NCBI GenBank assembly: GCA_010093815.1 | Contig: ML996579.1 | Origin: Pseudovirgaria hyperparasitica | Taxonomy: Eukaryota | Length of the DNA: 64,000 bases | Strand: one strand, 5' to 3' | Part shown: positions 1 through 13,624 of the stretch, one piece after another | How the letters are laid out: every line of letters begins with the position of its first letter | How positions within the stretch are numbered: position 1 is the first letter of the stretch | Translations under genes and position numbers: made by a program | The notes under the pieces: generated by a model | What the model saw: the letters and a program-made list of their open reading frames with translations, nothing else | What the model was told of the DNA's origin: nothing | The model's database searches: none

Positions 1-1285
1 GAAGTTTCCGAGGTTTTTGAGCAGCAAGTTGTTATTACCACTAATCAACGCATCCCAATTGAATTCGCTGTCCCCGCTCTCTGGACGATGAGCGAGTAGA
101 TAGAAGCGCCAGATATCAGCAGGAATACCAGTGTTCCTAGCCGTGTCCCCAAACACGCCTATGCCGCGGGATTTTGAAAACTTACCACCCTCGTATGTGA
201 GATACTCAGTACTTGAAAGGTGGTGGAGCTTCGTCCAATCGTCCTGTGATCCAAGCTGCGAGCCTGGAAAGATTACCGAATGATATGAGACGTTATCTTT
301 ACCAAGAAATTGATAGAGTTGCACATCGTCCGGGCTATGCCACCAGCGCCTCCATTCAGGTGTATACTGTGCCGTGATAGAGATATATCCGATACAAGCG
401 TCAAACCATGAGTAGATGACCTTATCTTCGTATTGCGCGATAGGTACCGCTATACCCCATTTTAGATCGCGAGTAATACTCCGTGGAATAAGGCCCTCTT
501 TCAACCAGGCTTCGGTGATACGCTTGCCATTTTCGGACCACGCGCCTTTCTTGGCGGACTGGCGATAGAAAGCATCGATTTTAGGTTGCAGCTTGTCTAA
601 CCTTAGAAACATGTGTTTAGTTTCCTGTACGACTGGTGTAGAGCCATCAACTTTGCATCGAGGATTTTTGAGATCAAGAGTGTCTAAAATCTTCCCGCAT
701 CCATCGCACTGGTCTCCTCGAGCATCTGGGTAGCTACAAGCATTGCATTCACCCTCAACAAAGCGATCCGCTAGAAAGGAGAGATGTTGTTGGCAATACA
801 GTTGATTTGTCCAGCGTTCCTCGAGGAACCCATTGTTCTGCAACTTTAAGAAGACATCTTGGGTAGTTTGACTATGTAGCTCATGCGTTGTACGTCCGAA
901 GATATCGAAGCTGATGTTGAACCAGCGGTAGATGTCGGCGTGGATAGCGAAATATCGATCGCAGAGCTCTTTCGGTGTGCAATTCTCTGCAAGGGCTTTC
1001 ACTTCCGCCGTCGTTCCATATTCATCAGTGCCTGTAAGCAACGAATGAGAATCCTTTGTCATCGACGATCTTGGCTGAGATAGAGAAACACTAACCACAA
1101 ACGTAGAGCGTTCTGAGTCCACGGCCTCTGCAGTAACGGGCAAAGACGTCCGCAGACAACACTGACCCTATGATATTGCCCAGGTGAGGCACATTGTTGA
1201 CGTACGGCAATGCACTCGTAATGAGGATATTGCGTTCCCCTGGTTCAGGGAGAATGGTCTGTTGTACGCCTGAATGTAGCGACAT
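1..1285 (-). CDS. MES1: Cytoplasmic methionyl-tRNA synthetase (5' portion; runs off the window start)
   Basis: Exon 1 has [20 protein letters not shown] (HIGH-like motif). A GT-AG intron at 1095..1032 joins YVCG to TDEYGTA. Exon 2 contains GDQCDGCG and GGKFSKSRG (KMSKS-like, near 170-190). Confidence 0.96.
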
Positions 1286-2027
1286 ACTGGGAGAGGTAAT
1301 GAAGTTTTAGGGAGCTGTTTCGCTACCGCTTATAGAGACTTGTATTACTGGCAAAGGATAAAGGTATTGAAACGAGCTGTTTCGTAGTTGCATGTATAAT
1401 GGATGCTCGTGTCTCGTCATAGAATGAAGTTATGTTGTGGTGGCTCATGGCGCAGACTATTTGATATGACTGCAATAACAGATGCGTCAGAGGGAGGGAT
1501 GACTCTTAGATCTATTCAGTTGTACAGCGGGCGGCGCGGGAGGACCCAAATGCTCCGGCCAAGTTCAAGGCTAAGGCGACAAGGCGCCACTCTCAAGACA
1601 ACCTTGTTCTATATAATATGATTATATGTATGAACTTAGTAACCTATAATTGATATACAGTACATCCATGGATGTCTATATATAGTCGAGCTCACGCAGC
1701 TTAACTAAGTTAGCGTATATTTTACATCTAGCCCCAGCCACGCTGTGGGTCTAGCTTCGACGATTCCTCGTTTACGCTCGACCGCGACTGGCCTACAGCC
1801 TCAGTGGGCTCTGGCTGCACAGCCAATGCCTTTCGCAGTCCAACACCAACTGTTGAACTATTTGTTTCCTCCCTTGAATCTGCCTTCCCGTATACATTCC
1901 TTGCTTCTTCCAGCGTCGCTCTTTGTACCTTATTGCTCCCGTTTATCACTCTCATCTGTTTCCGGCCTCGAATTGTCGCCCTCACACGGACTGGAGAATC
2001 GCCTTCCCAGGGGCCGTTTTGACAAAC

Positions 2028-3528
2028 ATGGTAGAGAACAATGCGCCACGAGGTGCGCAGTGGGCTGGACTACCCATGAAGCAGCTCACTCTACTGGCCC
2101 TGACCTTCCAGAACTCAGCACTCATTCTTGTATGTGCTCCAGGACCAAGGCACCATCGCTCTACACTCCTCCCCTCGCAAGGTCGCTGACAGCTATTTTC
2201 AGATTATGCACTATTCACGAATAATGCCTTTGGTAGACTCTAATCGATATTTTACCTCCACCGCCGTCTTTATAAACGAAGTCCTTAAATTGGGAATATC
2301 AGTGACCATGGCACTGTACGAGATGTCGAACACTATGCCCCCCTCGACACCTGCTACTACGCTTTTCGGCAATGTCTCTAGGAATATATTCACAGGAGAT
2401 AGCTGGAAGCTCGGAATTCCTGCTGTACTCTATACGTTTCAGAACACACTACAATATGTTGCTGTCAGCAACCTGGATGCTGCCACCTTCCAGGTCACAT
2501 ACCAATTGAAGATTCTTACTACTGCGCTGTTCAGCGTGGTTCTGCTCGGCAGGACTCTCTCTGGACGCAAGTGGGGTTCACTCGTCTTGCTCATGATCGG
2601 CGTTGGTGTTGTACAGCTACCGACGAAGGCGGAAGTTACTACATTTACGACCTTCAAAGAGTCGCAAGCGAAGTTTCACATCCCGCGGACCGTCGGAGAT
2701 TTGCGAGACGTTGGGCGAGCTATTGCAGTTGAAGTTGCCGAAAGGGCTACCTTGCTAGGGGCTGGAATATTGCAACGGTCAGCGACGTATGAAGGTATTG
2801 AGGAGGACCGCCGGCTGCAGAATCCGACTTTGAATGCTCAACTGGGCTTGTTCGCAGTAGTCATTGCTTGTATGTTGTCTGGACTTGCAGGAGTGTACTT
2901 TGAGAAAGTCCTCAAAGATGGCCAGAAAACGACTACGATGTGGACGCGAAACGTCCAGCTCTCCTTCTATTCTCTTTTCCCTTCCTTTTTCATCGGTGTT
3001 CTGTTCAAGGATGGAGAAGAGATCTCAAAACTCGGTTTCTTTGCTGGTTACAATTGGGTTGTCTGGACAGCGATAACGTTCCAAGCTGCTGGAGGTGTCA
3101 TAGTTGCCTTGGTCGTCAACTATGCTGACAATATCGCCAAGAACTTTGCTACGAGCATCAGCATACTTTTGAGTTTCATAGCGAGTGTCTGGTTCTTTGA
3201 TCTTACGATCACGCTCAATGTAAGCATCAGTTTTAACCACTTGCAGCCTCTGATACTAACTAATTCCTAGTTTGTGCTTGGTACCGCAATTGTACTATTT
3301 GCAACATATATGTACAGCAGTGAGGATATGTCTAGAGCATCGCAAAAACTAAGCATTGCACCGTACGAGAAGACCACAATTGAAGGTGATCCGAACTTTT
3401 TCGAGCAAGAAAGATCTCTTCTATCGCCTTCGAGGTCAGAGGGTACATCCTCTTCACAACCTGGGACACCTAGTGAACGCGTGTTCAGATCTAATTCGCT
3501 AAAGCACGGTAAAGAACGAGACGACTGA
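2028..3528 (+). CDS. gms1: UDP-galactose / nucleotide-sugar transporter (SLC35A, Gms1/UgtA-like)
   Basis: ATG 2028; introns 2130..2202 and 3220..3270. Motifs LTFQNSALILIMHYSR, LDAATFQVTYQLKILTTA, SGLAGVYFEKVLK and YADNIAKNFATSISI; multiple hydrophobic helices. Confidence 0.92.
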
Positions 3529-3871
3529 TTAGTCCTTTTGAATGAACGAAGAGTACACAATGAAAATAATTCTTTGCTCAACACAGTATAGTCTTCTTTG
3601 TGCTCACGTTATGAGCTTTGCAGAATTGGATGGGGACATTAGCGGCTATAACACCCGGGCATTGCTGGCGTCAAGGTATAGAAGCGGTAGGCATTTTCTA
3701 TGTATATACCCTCTTTGTACAGCGCTTCATCTATTGATTGAATTTGCGATCTCGTCCCATGCTTCTCGTTGTAAATTTCCCACGTGACGGCGACGGGTGT
3801 CTCCGTGCGACCTCTTCTTCCACGGTTCATGAGCTTCACCACCTCGAGCATGATGCGTCACGGCTGCAACA

Positions 3872-6800
3872 ATGGATGTGTTTGATCTTCTTGATAATCT
3901 TGACAGTGTGACCAGAGGGTCAAAAGTGCCGGAAAGACCACAGCTCTACGAACCTAGTCCTTCGGACACTCATTGTGGTATGTCACAAATCCTACAGAAT
4001 GAGAGCTTTGAAAATGAGATGCCTTACGATGAATTCGGTGAGCATTCTTTGACCCCGTCAGTATAGTACTACTCATTTCATCGCAGACGAAGAGCTCCTG
4101 GCGCAGCCTTATGTAGATCGGCGAGTGCAAGCAGAGCGAGGCACAGCTCGACTGTCACTGGCTCCGACCACAACGAGAAGTGCTGCTTCCACGACTCGGC
4201 CCAACTTATGTCAGTTATTCGTATGATATCCCGATTCAATGCTAAGCATAGCTCCAAGCTCAATATTCACGACCGGTTGTTTCAAAGCATAGCTCGTCAC
4301 CGCCTCGTATCATGCCATCAAGTCCATCTCTAGACGTTGGAAAGAGACGCGATCGCGATCGTCGCGCCTTACAATCACAGTTTTCTCAATGCTCAGCCAT
4401 AACTGGGTCAGGAACACAACCATCGGGATCTTTAGTCAGGAAGACAACGCAATCCCAAGCACTACTCAAAAACCAACTTCCGATTGTACATGGCGTCCGC
4501 CTTGTGCCACGCTCCATACTACCGGATCGCTTCCGTACTGTATTTCCGTTCCCTCTGTTCAACGCGGTCCAGTCAAAGTCCATTGACAAGGTATATCATT
4601 CCGATGACAACTTTGTCCTTTCGTCGCCCACTGGAAGCGGAAAGACTGCCATTCTCGAGCTCGCCATATGCCGTGCAATTGGTCAATACCCAGGTGGGCA
4701 GTTCAAGATTGTCTATCAAGCACCATTCAAGGCGTTATGTTCCGAGAGGTACAATGATTGGCAAAGGAAGTTTGGTCCACTCGATTTACCGTGCGCTGAG
4801 CTCACAGGGGACACCGAAGCTAACGAGTTGAAGAATGTTCAAAATGCAACCATTATCATAACGACTCCTGAGAAATGGGACAGTCTGACGCGGAAATGGA
4901 AGGACCATGAAAGACTCATGCGTATGGTCAAGCTCTTTCTCATTGACGAAGTACATATTCTCAAAGATGAACGTGGTCCGACACTGGAGGCTATTGTATC
5001 ACGTATGAAGTCGATGGGTACTGACATGCGGTTTGTAGCTCTCTCAGCCACGGTGCCGAACCTCGAAGACGTAGCAATGTGGCTGGGTAGGAATAGCCGC
5101 GAGCAAAATGAACCAGCGCCCATGGAGAGGTTCGGCGAGGAGCTACGACCTGTCATGCTGGAAAAGCATGTATGTGGTTATAATTCGAGCAGCAATGATT
5201 TTGCTCTCGATAAAACGCTGACATCGAAGTAAGTCTGAAAGGATTAATAGATTCTTCTTTGGCTGAGACTCATATCAGGCTTTCTGAAGTGATACCGAAG
5301 TATTCTCATCGTAAGCCGATCATGGTATTCTGCATGACACAAAAGTCAGCTGTTAGTACTGCCAAAACCCTGGCCAATTGGTGGTCGGAGCGCCCAAGAA
5401 ACAATCGATTTTGGGATGCTCCAAATCATCCTATTCCTCTCGCTGACGGCGAATTGCGAGGTGAGTTGTGTTGGCAGCTAAAGAAGCTATCTTTGACCAT
5501 GATCGATTAGCTTTCGCCGCATCTGGAGTCGCGTTTCACCACGGATCAGTTGACAGTGGGGACCGACACCTCGTGGAGAAGGCGTACCTTGCCGGCGATA
5601 TCAGCGTAATTTGTTGTACCTCAACCCTCGCAGCGGGAATTAATTTACCATGCCATATGGTGATCATCAAGAACACTGTGGCTTGGTCTGGTACAGGTCC
5701 AAGGGAGTACTCCGACCTGGAGATTATGCAGATGCTTGGACGAGCAGGGAGACCTCAATTCGACAATACCGCAGTGGGGGTGATCATGACATCCTCTAGC
5801 AAAGTTGCCCACTACGAAAATCTAGTCTCTGGACAAGAACCTGTAGAAAGCCAGTATGTTATGTCTATCTATGCTCAACCTCCCTAGCTGATTTTTTTCA
5901 GACTTCATCTGAATCTTATCGAGCATCTGGTAAGTTGACGTCGAATGCGAAGGCTACTGGGCCCTAATGCAACGTAGAATGCCGAAGTCACACTAGGCAC
6001 GACCTCTGACTTGCAGTCGGCTAAGAGATGGTTAGGTGGAACCTTCCTGTCTGTTCGCATGTTGAAGAATCCTACCCATTACGAGATTGATAATATCACG
6101 GACGCGGGTAGCCTTGACGAACGACTCAGTAAGATTTGTTCTCGCAATATGGCCTCCCTGAAGGATCACGAACTCGTATGCGGCAGCCAAAACTTCAGAC
6201 CAACCGAGTACGGCAATGCTATGGCACGGTATTATGTTCGATTTGATACAATGCTGTTATTTCTGGGCTTGCCTCGACAGGCTAAAGTATCAGAGATCGT
6301 CAGTCCAGTCCAATCCACATTGATGTCACTCATCTTGACAAAGCAATAGCTATCAGCCCTTGCACAAGCTGCAGAGTATAGAGATATACGCTTCCGCATC
6401 CCGGAAAAGTCAGTCTACAAAGAGGTCAACGGATCTAATCTGATCAAGTTCAGCATCAAGGTAGACCTGGCATTGCCAGCTCACAAGACATCCCTCCTTA
6501 TGCAGATGGCACTTGGTGGTGTCGACTTCCCAAGAGATGAGAAGGCAATAAAATGCAGCGTACAATTCGGTTTGGACCAAGGAATAGTCTTCAAACATAT
6601 CAACCGCCTTGTACGGTGCGTCATCGACTGCCAGCTCTTCCGTGAAGACGCGCTTGCGGCTCGAAACGCACTCATGCTTGAGAGGAGTTTTAGTGCCCGA
6701 GCCTGGGACGATAGCCCTTTGCAACTGACTCAGCTAGAACACATTGGTCCTGTTGCGGGAAGAAAGTTGATGGGCGCCAATATTTGCTCAATCGAGGATC

Positions 6801-8737
6801 TCGAGAACACCGAGCCGCATCGACTTGAGACCATACTGAAGCGGTATCCTCCGTTTGGAAGACAGGTGCTTGATTCGCTGAAGTCATTTCCGAAGCTACG
6901 CGTTGGCATGCAAATGACCGGACACTCGGTATGTGTCCGCTGCATCCAATCATCACACACTAATATCTGATTCAGGTTTCGAAGTCAGGGGAGGGCGTGA
7001 AGGTTCATGTGAAAGCAGAAATAGGCTTCATGAATGAGAAACCTCCTTTGATATTCAGGAAAAGGCCAGTTTTCATATGCGTACTCGCAGAGACTTCAGA
7101 TGGCAGGGTTGCGCACTTTGCTCGCACTAGGTAACAACGACCTCTTCGTAAAGATCACTGGCCTGTACTGATGTTCATCGAGTTCAAAGAAATTGAACAC
7201 CGGGCTAGATCTTTTCTTCTCAGCTACATTAACAGCAGTAAACCAACATATCATTTGTTACGTCATGTGTGAATCAATCGGTATGCTGTCGAGGTAAGTG
7301 CATGTAATCATATATTCTAATCATTTCGCAGCTGGAACACTTCGACGTGCGTCTCTGACACACCAGCTGTCTCCCTATCTCTTTCCGAAAGCTATTCAAG
7401 TAGTAGAGCCTTCTTCACCGGAGGAGTGTAAGCCCATGTCCAACATTTCACGTCGACGAGCCGATGTCTACTCTCGCCACCGCAGTCTTGGAGAAGCTAG
7501 TGAAGACTACGGAGACGATGATCTAGACGACGAAGATTTCGCCTACCTTGCTCCGAAGGATCTAAACTTCGAGCATATTGATGACTTTAAGAAGCCTAAG
7601 GGCAAGATAACCCATCAGAACCAAGCGAATGATGAATCACAAGCGCTATTGCCTGAGAGGGATCACATCTCAGAGCCTGAAAGAATGGAGAACGGAAACT
7701 ATTTCTGCAATCATGTTTGCAAAAACAAACTGTCATGTAAGCATCTATGCTGCAGAGAAGGTCTAGAGAAGCCACCAAAGAAATCCGCAAAGAAGCGTGC
7801 CACAAACCATGAGCCGTCCGAGACCCAGCGATATTCGAAGACAGCCAAGAAACAAATCAAACTCGACCTTAGTGCCACAAAGCTGAAGTCTGAATGGCCT
7901 AGATTCAAGGAGCCGTGCATCGAGATCGACTTAACCCAAACTATGCCTGGTCATACTTACACGAAGCATAGCTCGTATGAGTCCCAAAGCCTGCATCGTT
8001 CTCATAGTACTGTCCAGCGTGGGTCAGGCAAACAGACCTCAAACGTGCCCGACACCATACCAAGTAAGCCGCGGGCGTCGGATGCTACGAGCAAAAATCT
8101 TAGACTTTCTTTCCTTCCTGCACCTCTCCATAACGATGTAAGTAGCGACTACGGCGACGTCCTGAGCGATATAAATACCACGTCAACGCCTCCGCATTGC
8201 AAATCAAAATTCTCATTGCACGATGACGAAGAGGACGATATTGAAAGTCTTGAAGAGGCTATGATTGGAGTTACCGATTCGCAAGACCTGAAATATGATC
8301 GTGGAACATACGATGACGAGTCGTTTGACTGCACGCAGTTCAATGTCTACGAGGATGTACAGATGATAAACCAGGCTTCTCAGAAGGTTGGCGCGATGCG
8401 GTCAGTTAAGTACAATGAAAGCTTACCAGTGGAAGAAAAGGCGGATTATATATCAGAATATGAACCAGCCCAAGTCACGCCAACCAAGTCTGTGTCGTTA
8501 TTCGTTGGAGACACGAGCCGTGTGGGACCAGCACAAAAGGCACCAGTAGCGCGGACAACTGGTACAGCGTCTACCTTCTTTAGCTCCAGAGCTGCCGAAG
8601 CTGAGGACCTGATTTCTACAGCTGTAGGTGTCGAAGTCGAACATAATGCAGGAGGCGATGTGGTTATACCTCCTGGATACGAGGGCATAGATCCCTGTCT
8701 GATCGCTGAATTCGGTGATATCGTTGACTTCACTTAG
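3872..8737 (+). CDS. MER3: Meiotic ATP-dependent DNA helicase Mer3/HFM1 (Ski2-like DExH helicase + Sec63 domain + C-terminal Cys-rich motif)
   Basis: SPTGSGKT, TPEKWD, DEVH, LSAT, QMLGRAGRPQFD, a Sec63-like region, and CNHVCKNKLSCKHLCCREG. Introns approx 5229..5278, 5462..5510, 5854..5901, 5930..5977, 6299..6349, 6929..6976, 7131..7182 and 7282..7331. The 5' exon structure (3872-4311) is uncertain. Confidence 0.93.
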
Positions 8738-9128
8738 GAATGTGAGTATTGAAAGGGGAGGAGCGCAAGAGACACGTGAGGAAATCTGCGATAGCTTATA
8801 ATGAATATACATATAAATATATGATGGTAATGATATATGCTAGCTTGGCTGAATTGTTCCTATAACCCGCCGAAAGAGGACGATGAAAAGAGGTATAACG
8901 ACACAAGTACTACAAATTAATTCATGTTGGGATACTTGCAAGTCTATTGATTGAAGTAATTAACCTAAGACCCCACGCAGAAGGCTTCGTCATTCAAGGC
9001 GTGACTCGCGCAACCCCACAGCATGACTCGCTACGACGGCCCCACCAAAAATCCAAGACCTCCAATCTCTCGAGCAGCATTAAATACTCCGATAACCTCA
9101 CCGCCTCCACCTTTCTCCAGCGACGAAG

Positions 9129-10403
9129 ATGCCAGCATCCCCTTGTGCCCTCTGTAAAACCTCGCGCGCCCTTATCGTTCGACCCAAGAACCACCAAAAG
9201 TTGTGCAAACCGTGCTTCCTGCATGTCTTTGAGACCGAGATCCACCACACAATAACCACAAACGCCCTCTTCCACCGCGGTGAACGGATCGCCATAGGCG
9301 CCTCCGGTGGTAAAGATAGCACCGTCCTTGCATCAGTCCTCAAGACCCTCAATGAGCGCTACGACTACGGCCTCGAACTCATCCTTCTCTCTATAGACGA
9401 GGGCATCACCGGCTACCGTGACGACAGCCTTGAGACAGTGAAGAGAAACGCCGTGCAGTATGGCATGGAGCTGAAAATTGTGGGCTATGGAGAGCTATAT
9501 GGGTGGACGATGGACCAGGTCGTTAGCCAGGTGGGCAAAAAGGGCAATTGCACCTACTGTGGGGTGTTCAGACGGCAGGCATTAGACCGCGGAGCGGCGA
9601 TGCTCGGTGTCAGACATGTAGTGACGGGGCATAATGCAGATGACATGGCAGAGACAGTGCTCATGAACCTACTCCGAGGTGATCTGCCGAGGTTAGCAAG
9701 GACAACGAGCATCGTCACTAAGACGCCGAACGCGGCCGCGAAGATGGACACAAAAGACGGCAGAACAGACGATGGCATAGAAATCATCCCGGACGTAATC
9801 TCGCACACCGACATCATCCGCTCTAAGCCGCTCAAATACGCTTACGAGAAGGAAATCGTCCTCTACGCACACCACAAGAGCCTCGACTACTTCAGCACTG
9901 AGTGCATTTACTCACCCGAAGCCTTCCGCGGCAGCGCACGAGCTCTGATCAAAAATCTCGAGCGTATCCGTCCCAGCGCGATTCTAGATGTCGTGCGTAG
10001 TGGCGAGGACATGGCGAAGCTTGTGCCCGCAGAATTCGGGGGCGCACAGACCGAAGAAGAAGGCGAAGGTGGCTGTGGAGCCGCGCAAGGCCGGACGGGG
10101 GGCGGGAGTATGGGATCATTGGAGGCAAAGCTGAGGGAGGATGAAGGTGCAAAGATGAGAGAGGTGGAGGCCCTGGAGACAGAGATCACACTACCCATCC
10201 GCACAAAGGGGAAACCGAAGAGTAAGCCGAAGAAGGGAGCGCCGACGCAGGCGAAGAAATACCAGAAGCAGGTCATGGGCCAGTGTGAGAGGTGCGGATA
10301 TCTGTCAAGTCAGAGCGTGTGCAAGGCTTGTACGCTGCTCGAAGGGCTGAACAAGGCTAGGCCGAAGGCAGACATTGGGATTGTGGTTGGACTGGATACG
10401 TGA
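9129..10403 (+). CDS. NCS6: Cytoplasmic tRNA 2-thiolation protein 1 (Ncs6/Ctu1)
   Basis: Intronless. PP-loop [37 protein letters not shown], and N- and C-terminal CxxC zinc motifs. Confidence 0.96.
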   Translation: MPASPCALCKTSRALIVRPKNHQKLCKPCFLHVFETEIHHTITTNALFHRGERIAIGASGGKDSTVLASVLKTLNERYDYGLELILLSIDEGITGYRDDSLETVKRNAVQYGMELKIVGYGELYGWTMDQVVSQVGKKGNCTYCGVFRRQALDRGAAMLGVRHVVTGHNADDMAETVLMNLLRGDLPRLARTTSIVTKTPNAAAKMDTKDGRTDDGIEIIPDVISHTDIIRSKPLKYAYEKEIVLYAHHKSLDYFSTECIYSPEAFRGSARALIKNLERIRPSAILDVVRSGEDMAKLVPAEFGGAQTEEEGEGGCGAAQGRTGGGSMGSLEAKLREDEGAKMREVEALETEITLPIRTKGKPKSKPKKGAPTQAKKYQKQVMGQCERCGYLSSQSVCKACTLLEGLNKARPKADIGIVVGLDT

Positions 10404-10910
10404 AAGAGTAAAGAAAGGTATAACGACTACGCTTCTGATGCTCTAGGAGCGCATAGATTCAGTAGAGTCCGGGGCCCGCACGACTGATACAGCAATAACG
10501 CCGGTGGTCCTTCGTGCTTCGATCAAAGTTACGACGACTGAACAAAAGTGAGGCCTCGACAACAGCACTGGCAGCCATGAAGATCCGTATCTTCGATAGC
10601 GCCAGAGCACAGGCACGTCTGCGCCTTATCCTCGAGGTTCATATAGACAAACCATACAGCAATTTTTTTGCTTTGCTATACAGCGGCCGAATAAGATAAT
10701 ATCCCAAGATCCCTTTATATAGAGTTTAGAGAGCCTATTTACCATCGCCGCTACGGTATATACATACACGCTCGTATATATAATGAGACACACACAATAC
10801 AAACGTCCGCATCCAAACGAACGCTCTTCTCATTGATGAATAGCAATGCTGCTTGGGCTATACTTTACCCATTTCCCGCAAGATGTCCCCGAAGAGGCAA
10901 TATCCCAACC

Positions 10911-12608
10911 CTACCCCGTTCCTCCACCCCATAAATCCCTCCAAAACTGCCTCATCCCATACCTCTTCCCACCCTCTTCATCTCTGACTCTGACAGCCGC
11001 ACCCGTTCCCACAACTCGATCGAGTAAACCTCCCCGTACACCACCATCACTAATGACACTACTCCGCGCCCTGGGCGCCAGCGCACGCATTCTTATCTCA
11101 GGTGCCAGCTGAGGCGCGACGTCGGTGTAGCACGCGCGCAATTCGCGCTCGAGGTGGAAATAGGGCTTTTGTGCGACGCGGGGTGCTTGTAGGTTGTAAG
11201 TGCGTGTTAGGGCGTTGAGCGAGGCGATCGCGTGGGTCAGGTAAGCTTGCTCTGTGGAAAGCCAGCTGGGGTCGCGGAAGGGGTGAACTGTGGGGGGAGA
11301 TGTTGGTAATGTTGCGGCGGTATCTGGAGAGGTGATGGGTGCTGGGGTGCTATCTGCGGTTACGGCGTCTGTGGTAACAAGGATTTCTTCGTCAATGACG
11401 TTGGCAGTTGGAAAGGGGGTCAACGAGGGCGCATCTGGGACGTGCAGTTCGCTGGAGGGGGAAATCTGCGATATGTGACCTTCGGCACTGATGGTGTTCA
11501 TGCGCTCCTCCTTGACACGACTGCTAGGGTTCTCGCGTAGCTCTGCTTCGGCATACAGCTGCGCACGGCGGATCTGTTCTTCGAGCGTACCACCCTTGCT
11601 CGCGATTGTGCGTGCGGCATGGCGCTTCCAGTCGTTCCGTAGACGCGCACGGAACTTTGCTGCCGCACTGACAAGTTCCTGTTGTTTCTCAATCCACGGA
11701 GGGACGATCTCCTGCTTCTGGATGATCTTGTTCATGAAGTACTCGGTGGTGTCGAGAAAGGGGCTGCTGGCGGTGTAGTCGCGCTCGATGACTTGGCCAC
11801 GAGGGAGATTCTTGAACTGGCCACGAGCGATAGCGTCCTCGATGCGTTCGTTGGCGAGGGAGGCGAGGCCTTGGATAGTGCCTGGGACGACGCTGCGGGC
11901 GTGTGGGTGGAATTTGGCACGCATCTCGGCCAGCATCTTCTCTCGCTCTTCCTTGCTGACAGGAGAGTCCTTGATCTTCTCGTACGTAGCAGTATTCTCC
12001 TTTGCTCTTGCAATCACACTGGCAATTCCGGGCTTGTGCTTTGCTCTTCCGGTGTCTACTGTTTGAGGCATTCGGAATGGCTGTCCTGATGATTGTCGCG
12101 AGCTTCGCATGGGTTTATGAGAATCTGTTAGCATCCTGAGCGCAGCATCTTCGACGCTCTCCATTCCTTGCCACGGTTGTGACATTGCGATATTCCGGGC
12201 ATGTCTCGGGGTCGTGTTGCCCATCTCAACCTGCGCGAGTGCACTAGCATGCTGGTTCCGGAAGTTTGCGCCTGCAATGCGCTCCTCAAGCTGCCGCCGA
12301 AGGTCTTCGCTGAAGCCTGCATCCGAGACAGCTCTCGCAGCGCCACGGGGATTTGACTCCAGCGATTCATTGCTCATTTGTTCGAGCCGAGCTGACATCG
12401 CTCCTCGCTCGGCCTCTTTCTCTGTTTCCCTTGCATCATCGCGCTGATTTGTAGCGTGTGAGGCATCTTGGCCAGCGCTCTCAAGCAGTGGAGAATCTGC
12501 GGTCTTGGAGGCGTATCGCCTCGATGGAACTTGGAACGTGGGAGAGAGGCACTTGGCTCGTATGCAGCGAGCGCAAATATATGGAAAGACACTCTCCGCG
12601 GGACGCAT
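10911..12608 (-). CDS. DUF1992 / DNAJC28 conserved-domain protein, likely mitochondrial
   Basis: LANERIEDAIARGQFKNLPRG ... TTEYFMNKIIQKQEIVPPWIEKQQEL is typical of DUF1992. Arg/Ser-rich N-terminus (RRYAS) resembles a mitochondrial presequence. First ATG at 12608 (the track starts at TTG 12611). Confidence 0.8.
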   Translation of the reverse strand: MRPAESVFPYICARCIRAKCLSPTFQVPSRRYASKTADSPLLESAGQDASHATNQRDDARETEKEAERGAMSARLEQMSNESLESNPRGAARAVSDAGFSEDLRRQLEERIAGANFRNQHASALAQVEMGNTTPRHARNIAMSQPWQGMESVEDAALRMLTDSHKPMRSSRQSSGQPFRMPQTVDTGRAKHKPGIASVIARAKENTATYEKIKDSPVSKEEREKMLAEMRAKFHPHARSVVPGTIQGLASLANERIEDAIARGQFKNLPRGQVIERDYTASSPFLDTTEYFMNKIIQKQEIVPPWIEKQQELVSAAAKFRARLRNDWKRHAARTIASKGGTLEEQIRRAQLYAEAELRENPSSRVKEERMNTISAEGHISQISPSSELHVPDAPSLTPFPTANVIDEEILVTTDAVTADSTPAPITSPDTAATLPTSPPTVHPFRDPSWLSTEQAYLTHAIASLNALTRTYNLQAPRVAQKPYFHLERELRACYTDVAPQLAPEIRMRALAPRARSSVISDGGVRGGLLDRVVGTGAAVRVRDEEGGKRYGMRQFWRDLWGGGTG

Positions 12609-12783
12609 CAAGCAGGGGCCTGAGGACGCTACACAGAGCAGATGGCTAAAGACTAAACATCCATCACGGAATGCAAGTCGTCAAGAACCGGAGCTCGGAT
12701 TTAGCGGAACCTGCGTATGAATCCTGTGGCGTGCCGAGCCCCGCATAGATCGCGCCACACGGGCTTTCCTGGCGCGTCCTTCG

Positions 12784-12789
12784 ACGCGT
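12784..12789. promoter_or_regulatory. Candidate MCB (ACGCGT) cell-cycle box in the divergent DUF1992/centrin promoter
   Basis: Perfect ACGCGT plus a nearby CGCGT (~12774), about 170 nt upstream of the centrin ATG; a short motif that could be chance. Confidence 0.35.
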
Positions 12790-12955
12790 GAACCTGAAAC
12801 ACCATTACTATCCTGTCCGACTCTAAGCTATACACACCACGCCAGCCCGACCGTGCGACGCTCTTTCTTTGTGCTTGCAGTCACACGCTGTCTTTGTCTT
12901 CGTCCGACCCAGACGGACCTGAGATTCACATCCCTCTCTACCCTTTTGACCCACA

Positions 12956-13624
12956 ATGGCATCCTCACACAGCACATTTCCCATTCGCCAACAAACGTAT
13001 GGCCGCGCCTCCGCGCCTCCACCTACGGCCTATGGCCCAACCAATGCGCAAGTCCGCGAAACCGCTAGACTCGAACGCGAACGTAACGAACGCCTCGAGC
13101 GAGAGCGTGCCGCCCAACCGCACGCCGAAATCTCTGAAGAGCAGCGCGAAGAAATCAACGAGGCGTTCGCACTCTTCGATCTCGACAAGGACGGTCATAT
13201 TGACTATCACGAACTCAAGGTCGCGATGAAGGCGCTCGGATTCGACCTGCCAAAAGCGGAGATTCTAGGCATTCTGCAGAGCCATGGTGTGCCTGCTGGG
13301 GGGGTAGGGAATGGGAAAGCCTCGGTGGGCGCGGCAGGAGGGGTGGCGACGGCGGGGAGGCTGTTGCTACCGCTGACGGCGTTTCAGACCGTTATGGCAG
13401 GTCGGATTGCGAGTAGGGACCCGAGAGAGGAGATTAATAGGGCATTTGATCTATTTGACGCCGATCAGAAAGGGTCAATCTCGTTGACTGACCTAAGAAG
13501 GGTCGCGAGGGAACTTGGGGAGGGCCTACAAGAGGAGGAGCTGGCGGCGATGATTGAGGAGTTTGATATGGATGGAGATGGTGCTATTAGTAGAGAGGAG
13601 TTCTTGGGTATTTGCCTTGGTTGA
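12956..13624 (+). CDS. CDC31: Centrin / caltractin (spindle pole body EF-hand protein)
   Basis: [38 protein letters not shown] loops [12 protein letters not shown] and [22 protein letters not shown]. Confidence 0.95.
   Translation: MASSHSTFPIRQQTYGRASAPPPTAYGPTNAQVRETARLERERNERLERERAAQPHAEISEEQREEINEAFALFDLDKDGHIDYHELKVAMKALGFDLPKAEILGILQSHGVPAGGVGNGKASVGAAGGVATAGRLLLPLTAFQTVMAGRIASRDPREEINRAFDLFDADQKGSISLTDLRRVARELGEGLQEEELAAMIEEFDMDGDGAISREEFLGICLG

Noticed and set aside
1728..2224. 159-aa and 85-aa ORFs upstream of the UDP-Gal transporter
   Set aside because: They overlap the pyrimidine-rich 5' UTR and first exon in other frames and have no domain features.
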